From the NCBI GenBank assembly GCA_951406725.2, contig OX597841.1:14322001-14386000 (forward strand): a stretch of DNA of 64,000 nt. The letters are read 5' to 3'. Of the stretch, positions 51,846-64,000 are shown piece after piece. Both the position numbers and the translations under genes were made by a program. The notes beneath the pieces were generated by a model that was given only the letters and a program-made list of their open reading frames with translations, did not search any database and had not been told where the DNA came from. This DNA comes from Octopus vulgaris (lineage: Eukaryota). The stretch's first letter is position 1; each line of letters starts with the position of its first letter.

Positions 51846-52401
51846 ATACATTGTGTTTACACTCTACACATGCATTCATAAGCACACACACACGCACACA
51901 CACACACATGCATCTGCATTCACGTACACACTCGTACACCCACCCACACATCCACACATCCGCACACATAGGAAGCCGAGCAGCTGCATAAGAATGTCTC
52001 CTCCAGCCTCTTGCTCCATCAGTCAAGGACCCTTAAGAGTTCATCCCACCTCGGAACTTCCCACTCTCAGGAGATGATAGCCAGCTGTTCGCTCTGCCGG
52101 ATCATTTTTAATCCAGGATTACAGGGTAAAAATGCTTGCCAGATCCTCAGTGGTGGGCGTATGGTGGTGGTGGTGGTGGTGGTGGTGGTGGTGGTGGTGG
52201 TGGTGGTGGTGGTGGTAGTGGTGGAGGTGGTGGTTGTTGTGATAATGATGGCTTCAAATAGACAGTATCATATATCTACTCACACATACATATAGATATA
52301 CACACTCATATATATATATATATATATATATAATATGGGGGAATATTATTCCAAACTTACAGGGAAAAATTCAATTTAGAAATACTAAATCAAATTTCAC
52401 A

Positions 52402-52808
52402 GCACAGGAGTGGCTGTGTAGTAAGTAGCTTGCTAACCAACCACATGGTTCCGGGTTCAGTCCCACTGCGTGGCACTTTGGGCAAGTGTCTTCTGCTATA
52501 GCCCCGGGCCGACCAAAGCCTTGTGAGTGGATTTGGTAGACGGAAACTGAAAGAAGCCTGTCGTATATATATCTATATGTATGTATGTGTGTGTGTGTTT
52601 GCGTGTCTGTGCTTGTCCCCCTAGCATTTCTTGACAACCGATGCTGGTGTGTTTACGTCCCCGTCACTTAGCGGTTCGGCAACAGAGACCGATAGAATAA
52701 GTACTGGGCTTACAAAGAATAAGTCCCGGGGTCGATTTGCTCGATTAAAGGCGGTGCTCCAGCATGGCCGCAGTCAAATGACTGAAACAAGTAAAAGAGT
52801 AAAAGAGT
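52402..52808 (+). mobile_element. SINE family A flanked by a ~70-bp direct duplication
   Basis: 52331-52401 repeated at 52833-52903. Confidence 0.9.
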
Positions 52809-53102
52809 ATATATATATATATACACTTAATAATAATATAGGGGAATATTATTCCAAACTTGCAGGGAAAAATTCAATTTAGAAATACTAAATCAAATTT
52901 CACAAAATATAATATATATATATATAAATTAGTATAAGTTATATATTCACCCAATTATATAAGTTTTATTTATTATTGTGCACATTACTTAATCATCGTT
53001 ATATGTTTTATCTTATATTTAATCTTTCTATTAAATGTAATTTTCTAGATTGGTGTAATTTAATTTTTCATTATTGAATTGATAAAAGGTGTTTTTTTTC
53101 TA

Positions 53103-53140
<38 letters not shown>

Positions 53141-53515
53141 TTTTACTTGTTTCAATCATTTGATTGTGGCCATGCTGGAGCACTGCTTTGAGGTGAACAA
53201 ATCAACCCCAGGACTTATTTTTTGGAAGCCTAGTACTTATTCTATCAGTCTCTTTTGCTGAACTGCTAAGTTATGGGGATGTAAACGCAACTACATCGAT
53301 TGTTAAGTGATGGTAGTGGAGAGACAAACACACACACACACACACACACACATATACGTAAAAGACTTTCTCACTTCCTGAGCGTTATACTAATACATCT
53401 GTTTGTTTTGTACACCACCTGTCTTCGTCTTTTGTTTTTTTGTAAATTCTCATTATATATATATGCCTGTATGTATGCATGCATGCAGATATATATGTAT
53501 ATATATATATATATA

Positions 53516-54295
53516 TCATCATCATCATCGTCGTTTAACGTCCGCTTTCCATGCCAGCATGGGTTGGATGATTTTGACTGAGGGCTGGCAAACCAGATGG
53601 CTGCACCAAGCTTCAATCTTGATCTGGCAGAGTTTCTACAGCTGGATGCCCTTTCTAACGCCAACCACTCCAAGAGTGTAGTGGGTGCTTTTACGTGCCA
53701 CCGGCATGGGGCCAGTCAGGCGGTACTAGCAACAACCTCGATCGAATCTTTTACACATGCCACTGGCACAGATGCCAGTAAGAGGCAAATTTCTGTGGAC
53801 AACTAATTACCATCATCATAATTGTTTAACATCTGCTTTCCATGCTGGCATGGGTTGGATGGTTTGACTGAGGACTAGCAAGCCGGGAGGCTGTACCAGG
53901 CACCAATCTGATCTGGCAAGGTTTCTACAGCTGCATGCCCTTCCTAATGCCAACCACTCTGAAAGTGTAGTGGGTATTGTTATGTGCCACTGGCACGAAG
54001 CCCAGTCAGGTGGTACTGGCATTGACCACACTTGAATTGTACATTTTATGTGCCATCGGTACAGGAGCCTGTCAGGTGGCACTGGCATTGGCCACGCACG
54101 AATGGTGCTTCTTATGTGCCACCAGCATGGGAACCAGTCAGGAGGTACTGGGATCGACCACACTCGCATTGTACTTTTTACGTGCCACCGGCATAGGAGC
54201 AGTCAGGGGTCACTGGCATTGACCATGCTCGAATGGCACTTTTTATGTGCCACCGGCACGGGAGCCACTCAGGGTGCACTGGCAACGACCACAGT
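53516..54295 (-). mobile_element. Two adjacent RTE LINE 3' fragments (53516-53790, 53811-54295)
   Basis: (CAT)n tails and RTE 3' sequence with ~60-bp repeats. Confidence 0.85.
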
Positions 54296-54689
54296 TAATT
54301 AACCCTTTTTACTATAGACACAAGGGCTGAAACTGGGGGAGGAGGGAGGAGGATAATCGATCACATCGACCCCAGTATGCAACTGGTACTTAATTTATCA
54401 ACCCTGGAAGGATGAAAGGCAATGTCAACCTTGGCGGAATTTGAACTCAGAACATAGCGACAGGCAAAATACCTCTAAGCATTTTACGCAGCATGCTAAC
54501 TACCGTTAGATAACGAGAGGGAACACTGATTTGATATACCCTAATCAATACACCCTAATCAATACACCCTGAGTCATGGTTTTATTACTTAAGTACATAC
54601 CAATACCCAGGCAGATTATTTTGCGATTTCTTTTAAGTTTTGTATTATTTCTGTCTCCTTCTCTGTCTGTCTGACTGCTTGTCTGTCTG

Positions 54690-54727
<38 letters not shown>

Positions 54728-54732
54728 TTTTA

Positions 54733-54763
<31 letters not shown>

Positions 54764-54956
54764 GTCTCTATTGCCCTATGTATGTATGTACGTATGTATT
54801 ATGTATGTATGTATATAAGAATGTGTCTACACTCTTACACACATAATAGATAGATAGATAAGTATATAGATAGACAGACAGATAGATAGATAGATAGAGG
54901 AATGTGCATAGATGTACATAAGTGTCTGTGTATGTGTGTGTCTATATATCTATCCA

Positions 54957-55034
<78 letters not shown>

Positions 55035-55068
55035 CCTATCTATCTATCTATCCGTCTGTCTATCTGTC

Positions 55069-55113
<45 letters not shown>

Positions 55114-55353
55114 ATACATATATATATGTATGTGTGAGTGTATGTATATATATTTATATACACACATACACGCGCGCGTACACATATATATACAACAGGC
55201 TTCTTTCAATTTCTGTCTACCAAAGCCTCTCACAAGGCTTTGGTTGGCCCAAGGGTATAGTAAAAGACATTTACCCAAGGTGCCACACAGTGGGACTGAA
55301 CCCAGAACCATGTGGTTGGTAAGCAAGCTACTTACCACACAGCCATTTCTGCA

Positions 55354-55395
<42 letters not shown>

Positions 55396-55743
55396 ATCAT
55401 ATACATACATATATATATATGTGCGTATCTGCGCGTGTGTGTATGTGTGAGTCGTCTAAGAGTCCGTGTGTCAGGCAAAAATGCACTCATATATATGTCA
55501 AAATAGTGAGTGTATATTATCTGATGTGTACAGTGTTATATACTGATTATGGTTGATCTTACAAATCAGTAAGATCGTTTAATGGATGTATAATACTGTA
55601 CACATTAGATAATAAATATCACCATCACCATCATTTAACATCCATCTTCCGTGATTGCATAATGTGGACGGTTGACAGGAGCTGGGTAGGTAGAAGGCTA
55701 CCCCAGGCTACTGGGTCTCCTTTGGAAAGTTTATGTATATATG

Positions 55744-55774
<31 letters not shown>

Positions 55775-55789
55775 GTATATATAGATATA

Positions 55790-55835
<46 letters not shown>

Positions 55836-55842
<7 letters not shown>

Positions 55843-55953
55843 AGATAGGGGTTGAAAATTCAACCCACCATGGGATAGTTATTTCGATCTTGAAAGGATG
55901 GACTTGGTGCTAACTTAACTGTATCTATTTTTAGTATTTTTTTATTATTATTA

Positions 55954-55997
<44 letters not shown>

Positions 55998-56647
55998 AGT
56001 AATTTTTATTAACTTTTATAGCTTTAGAATTTTATGAACTGTACCACGGATTTAATTATTATTTTTCATCTCCATATGTGTTAGCCCTTTTTTTATAAAA
56101 AAAACTATTAGCCAAATATGTATAATATCGGTACTTATTAATATTAATATATACACTGTTATATATTTTGTTTTATATTGTTCTGTTTACCTTCCTTTTT
56201 GTACAAATGTGTATTATATTATATAAGTGTAGCATTATGATGTATAAGTTTTTATATTTTACATTTTTATATTTTTATATTTATATGTATATGATTATAT
56301 AATATTTTTCACTATTATAACAAATTTAATTTAATTCTCTGAAGAGGCCGTGGGGCATCCTTGTTAATGCCTCATTTATACCTGCCTTTATGGCTTATAG
56401 GTTAAATGAGGTATGACTGTCCTCACTGCCGAAACAGCTGTCAGTTTTGATTTATTTGCATATTATATTTGAAATTTTTTACTTATATCTCTTTATCTTT
56501 TTACTTTTACTATTACTGTATATCTCATTTCATTTTATATATTGCCTTTACTCATATGTAATGGTGTATTAAAGTATGGATTGAGTATCATCGGATAGTT
56601 GATGTTTTACTGATTTAAGTATGTTTCTCCATTCTCTAATTTTGTAG

Positions 56648-56648
<1 letters not shown>
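55836..56648 (+). mobile_element. AT-rich Penelope-like insertion within a (TA)n tract
   Basis: (TA)n on both sides; contains a hammerhead motif; shares its terminus with the 3612 stub. Confidence 0.55.
56333..56448 (+). ncRNA. Type-I hammerhead motif with ~85-nt extended stem II
   Basis: CTGAAGA (56339-45), ggccgtgggg...cctcactgcc, GAAA cagctg TC; inner helix atgcctcattt/aaatgaggtat; weak stem I. Confidence 0.65.
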
Positions 56649-56683
<35 letters not shown>

Positions 56684-56689
56684 AATAGA

Positions 56690-56824
56690 ATGATAGATAG
56701 ATAGACAGAGACAGACAGATAGATAGATAAATAGATAAATTGATAGATAGATGGATAGATAGGTAGATAGATAGATAAATTGATAGATAGATGGATAGAT
56801 AGATAGATAGATAGATAGATACAC

Positions 56825-56856
<32 letters not shown>

Positions 56857-56864
56857 TGATAGAC

Positions 56865-56917
<53 letters not shown>

Positions 56918-56995
56918 CACAGATAGATAGATAGATAGATAGATAAAGAGAGATAGATAGATAGATACACAGATAGATAGATAGATAGACAGACA
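56690..56995. repeat. (GATA)n microsatellite
   Basis: Direct reading. Confidence 0.95.
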
Positions 56996-57354
56996 TATAT
57001 ATATATACAAATAGAATGATAGTGTTAGTGTTTTTCGATGTGTCCATGTCCATGTCTGTGTGTGCATGTCTGTGTGCATGTGTGTGTGTGTGTGTGTGTA
57101 AATAAAAAGATCTCATGAAAATATTTATTTTTTTAATATCATTTCGTAACAAGCAAGCTTTCTTGTCAACAACCTTCAACAACAACACCTACAGCCTACC
57201 CTCCTCTCTGGCTTCCTCCGTACTTCCTCGCAGCACATGTGTGCAGCCATACAATTTCAATAACAATGCATCACAATACAGATATCTGAGGTCTGGATGA
57301 AGGCAAGAGTTGAATCACAATGGATGCTGAATGCATAAGAGCAAGGACAGCGTC

Positions 57355-57545
57355 GAGGCAGCCGATTGGCTGGCTGGCTTTCCGCATCATCACCGGCACC
57401 AGCCAATCAGATCGCATGCACTAGAATGACCACAGAACACCAGCATCATTCAGCAGATGAAACTGGGAGATAAGAGAGAGAGGAAGGCATCGCTCCTCTG
57501 TGAATGGTTGAGAGAGGGGTCTGGGATTTGGGCTGTATAAATGAA
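57355..57545. promoter_or_regulatory. Promoter-like island with opposed CCAAT boxes and TATAAA
   Basis: gattggct at ~57365, agccaatca at 57401-409 and tataaa at 57536-41, in unique GC-richer sequence. Confidence 0.3.
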
Positions 57546-57609
57546 TATGCGTCAGAGGGGCCCAGGAGGGGAAGGGAAGATGTACTCATTGTGTGAACAC
57601 ACATATGTA

Positions 57610-57648
<39 letters not shown>

Positions 57649-57769
57649 CTATGTATGTATGTAAGTGTGATTGTGTGTAAGGGTGTGGCTGTGTGCCTGA
57701 GTGTAAGTTGTATCATTCAAAACATGTCAAAGTGCCCCAGGGGGGGAAACAAGTGCATTTAAATAAAAA

Positions 57770-57789
57770 TGCATTTAAGCATATCTCTT

Positions 57790-57831
<42 letters not shown>

Positions 57832-57909
57832 TTTCTGTCTATCTATGTATCTATATATATATATATTATACATACATACATATATATATTATACATACAT
57901 ATATATATT

Positions 57910-57983
<74 letters not shown>

Positions 57984-58057
57984 TGTGTGTGTATGTGTAA
58001 ATATATATATATATATGTATATGTATATATGTGTTTGTGTGTGTGTATGTGTGTATG

Positions 58058-58096
<39 letters not shown>

Positions 58097-58179
58097 CATT
58101 GTGCTATCAAACTGTGGGTCATGGTGCTCTTGCGAAGAGGTCTTGAGTGCAAATACTTTTGTACATATGTGTGTGTCTG

Positions 58180-58243
<64 letters not shown>

Positions 58244-58482
58244 CTCACACATACGTATACGTACATACATAGCTACATATATATGTGCATGTATGCGTGT
58301 ATATATTTATATTATGCCACCAACATTTGAAGCTGTGACATCAAAGTGAAAAAGTAATAAAATAAACTCTACGTCAGCTTTTGAGTACTCTGTTTCATCT
58401 TAGTAAATTGTATATTTATGGGCACACATATATACATATATACACATATATACACACACATATATACATATGCTTTTATGTA

Positions 58483-58531
<49 letters not shown>

Positions 58532-58706
58532 TGAGCATATGTACATATATATACATATGTACATATATATATATGTGTGTATATATATAGACGTGTGTGT
58601 GTGCGTATGTATACATATATGTATATATGTTCATGTATGTATGTATGTTTATAAATGTAAATATGTTTATGTAAGTCTATATACATTATTCACTGAATCA
58701 GCTATC

Positions 58707-58745
<39 letters not shown>

Positions 58746-59077
58746 AGGTGTATATATACATACCTATACCTATATCTAGCAATTAATCTGTCTGTTTCTA
58801 TATATATATACACGCACATATATATATATATATACATAAACACTTATATATTTATACATACATAGTACATATATACACACGCACCTATATACATACATAT
58901 ACACACATATACTTTTTTACCTGTTTAGCTCTGTGAGTTGTGTTCATTTTGGTACACCTCCATGTGTGTTTGTGTATATATTTATATATATATGTTTGTA
59001 CGTATGTATGTATGTATGGGTGTACATATATATATATATATACCTATACCTATATCTAGCAATGAATCTGTCTGTTT

Positions 59078-59145
<68 letters not shown>

Positions 59146-59639
59146 CACACACACATATATATACATATATATATATACAGAGAGAGATAGGTAGATGGAT
59201 AGATATACATACACAATTACATAAAATACACTTTCTATTTTCTTATCCGGCTGTTTATCTATATACATCATCATCATCATCATCATCACCATCATCATTA
59301 TCCTCATTTAATGTCCACTTGATGGTAATGATGTTGATAGATCGACAGATAAGAAAATATATATTCTTTGTATGTGCGTGTTTATAGTTACACACACACC
59401 CAGACACATATACACGCATATATGTGTGCATACATGTGTGTGTGTATGTATGTATGTATGTATAGTGTGTTTATGTATAGTGTTTGCGCATATATGTATG
59501 TATATATGTATCTATCTATCTATATAGATATACATATGTATACACATAAATATATATATATATGTATATGTATATATATTTATGTATATATATATATATA
59601 TATACATATGTATTTACATATATACATACATACATACAT

Positions 59640-59729
<90 letters not shown>

Positions 59730-59738
59730 GTATATGTG

Positions 59739-59782
<44 letters not shown>

Positions 59783-59880
59783 TATGTATGTATATATATA
59801 TATATACATACATATATATGTGTATATAATATACATACATACAAACACACACTTACATGTGTGTATACATATGTGTGTGC
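57770..59880. repeat. (TA)/(CA)/(TATG) low-complexity block
   Basis: Direct reading. Confidence 0.9.
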
Positions 59881-60242
59881 ATGCATCATCTATTATTGTA
59901 TAATATAAGGAAGTGAAAAGGAAACGGTTCACCCTCTCTCTCACTCTCTCTCTCTCTCTCTCTCTCTCTCGCTCTCTCGCTCTCTCCCACCCCCAATTAA
60001 CAGTTCCTCACCTCACCCACCACACCCACACCCACCCACGCACCCACTGGCTTACTGACTGACTGACTCATATATACAGATATAATATATATATATACCC
60101 CCCCCCGCTTTATATACCCCCTGTACCTTTTCCATACCCCCCCCTTGTTTTTTGAATACTCCCCGACGACTCCGGCTCCGACTCCGGCTCCGACTCCGGC
60201 TCCGACTCCAGCTCCGACTCCCACTCCGGCCCACTTCACTGC

Positions 60243-60274
<32 letters not shown>

Positions 60275-60323
60275 GTTCATTGAAGTTTTATGATCAGAGC
60301 TTAGGAAATTCCCTCTGATGTTT

Positions 60324-61950
<1,627 letters not shown>

Positions 61951-62128
61951 TCCTTGTCATCATTGATGTTCTCAAGAAAAAATCTCAGCAAAATGCCAAA
62001 ATGTAGATTCTTCCTTGAGAACACATTCTTCACGGTAACGGCGATTTGACATCTATGTTTAGCATATTAGGTGTCCACTTTAGTGGTCATTCCTCTTAAT
62101 TTTGTATATATATATATATATAGCTATA

Positions 62129-62290
62129 GGCGCGGGAGTGGCTGTGTGGTAAGTAGCTTGCTAACCAACCACATGGTTCCGGGTTCAGTCCCACTGCGTG
62201 GCATCTTGGGCAAGTGTCTTCTGCTATAGCCCCGAGCCGACCAATGCCTTGTGAGTGGATTTGGTAGACAGAAACTGAAAGAAGCCTGTC

Positions 62291-62336
<46 letters not shown>

Positions 62337-62529
62337 TTGTGTCTGTGTTTGTCCCCCCAACATCGCTTGACAACCGATGCTGGTGTGTTTACGTCCCCGT
62401 CACTTAGCGGTTCGGCAAGAGACCGATAGAATAAGTACTGGGCTTACAAAGAATAAGTTGCACGACTAAAGGCGGTGCTCCAGCATGGCCGCAGTCAAAT
62501 GACTGAAACAAGTAAAAGAGTAAAAGAGT
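62129..62529 (+). mobile_element. SINE family A, full length
   Basis: Direct similarity. Confidence 0.92.
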
Positions 62530-63004
62530 AATATGCATGTGTAGGTATGTATGTATGTTTATAAATCCTGTCTGTGTGTCCCTTCGTCTGCCTTGATGAG
62601 TGTTAACCCTAGAAAACCAGTGCTCTACCCTTTTTCCAATCAATAACCGCAGATCGATAACATCAATACTGGATATCGATAATCACTCGGAGCTGATATG
62701 AATGACTCAATGCCCTTGATGTTGGTGCCCCAGCATGGCCACCACCTGGTGGTAGGAAAGCGGGGGAGGCGGGGCTGGGGGTGGGGGAGAATGTGTGTTG
62801 AAGAATAACTTGAGATGCTCTCACGATTTGATGTGTGTGTATGTGTGTGTGTGTGTGTGTGTGTGAGTGTGTGTGGGGGTGCGAGTGTGTGGGGGTGCAT
62901 GTGTGTGTGAGCGTGTGTATGTGTGTGTGGGGGGGTTGCGAGTGTGTGTGTGTGTGTGTGTGCATGTGTGTGTGCATGTGTGTGTGCATGTGTGTGCATG
63001 TGTG

Positions 63005-63047
<43 letters not shown>

Positions 63048-63204
63048 TGTGTGTGTGTGTGTGCATGTGTGTGTGCATGTGTGTGTGCATGTGTGTGTGC
63101 ATGTGTGTGTGCATGTGTGTGTGCATGTGTGTATGTGCATGTGTGTGTGTGTGTGCATGTGTGTGTGAGTGTGCGTGCGAGTGCGTGTGTGTGTGTGGGG
63201 TGCA

Positions 63205-63238
<34 letters not shown>

Positions 63239-63668
63239 CATGTGTGTGTGCATGTGTGTGCATGTGTGTGTGCGTGTGTGTGTGCATGTGTGTGTGTGTG
63301 TGTGTGTATGTGAGTATGTGTGTGCGCGAGTGTGTGTGTGTGTGCATGTGTGTGTGTACAATACATTTTTTCTCTTTCTTTCTTTGTAGGTTTATGCATA
63401 TAGGCTGTGTGGCTGTGTGGTAAGAAGCTTGCTTCCCAACCACATGGTTCTGGGTTCAGTCCCACTGCATGGTACCTTGGCTAAATGTCTCCTGCTAAAG
63501 CACTGAGCTGACCAAAGCTTTGTGAGTGGATTTGGCAGATGGAAACTGAAAGAAGCCTGACATGTATATATATATAAAGTTAATCCAAACGTGAAAACAC
63601 AAAGAGAAAACACAACAACATGAGGACGTGGAACAAGTATAGTGTTATTGGATGCTCAGGAAAGGAGG

Positions 63669-63704
63669 GTTTAATGTTTCGAGCCGGAGCTCTTCGTCAG
63701 AAAC
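63669..63704 (-). ncRNA. Minimal type-I hammerhead motif in a Penelope-like stub (63576-63730)
   Basis: Minus strand reads gttt CTGACGA a gagc tccg gctc GAAA ca TT aaac. Confidence 0.65.
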
Positions 63705-64000
63705 ATAGGAAAAGGAAAGATCCAAGACGGAGGATTTTTGTTTTATTTGTTTCAGTCATATGACTGCGGCCATGCTGGAGCACAGCCTTTCCGCCTTTAT
63801 TCGAACAAATCTATCTCAGGACTTATTCTTTGTAAGCCTAGTACTTATTCTATCGGTCACCTTTGCTGAACCACTAAGTTACAGTTATATATATATATAT
63901 ATATATATATATGTTAACTGATACACACTCTTTTACTCTTTTATTTGTTTCAGTCATTTGACTATGGCCATGCTGGAGCACCGCCTCTTTAGTCGAGCAA

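Noticed and set aside
60168-60230. GVGA/RS-repeat peptide
   Set aside because: Short (gactccggctcc)n repeat with no exon context

Overview
This 64-kb window is AT-rich eukaryotic non-coding DNA, intronic or intergenic. It is most likely from a coleoid cephalopod (Octopus-like), inferred from the repeat families and not verified by a search. Almost all ORFs in the supplied track are translations of microsatellites or SINEs. The window holds about 30 copies or halves of one tRNA-derived SINE with an internal (TA)n/(TG)n tract, several other SINE families, and many 5'-truncated RTE-clade LINE ends (one keeps the RT-ORF C-terminus). It also holds decayed pieces of a mariner transposase, a CCHC ORF1, and an RLE-type (HERO-like) retroelement split by a TTAA piggyBac-like MITE. 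The best hidden signal is about ten type-I hammerhead-ribozyme-like motifs in AT-rich, Penelope-like stubs, most of them next to (TA)n tracts. These include a perfect 132-bp palindrome carrying a hammerhead on both strands, U3-A8 core variants and forms with a long stem II. Retroelement 5' ends repeatedly abut inverted or direct duplications of flanking DNA. No intact host gene is supported; there is only a weak minus-strand exon candidate at about 14.5 kb and some promoter-like islands.
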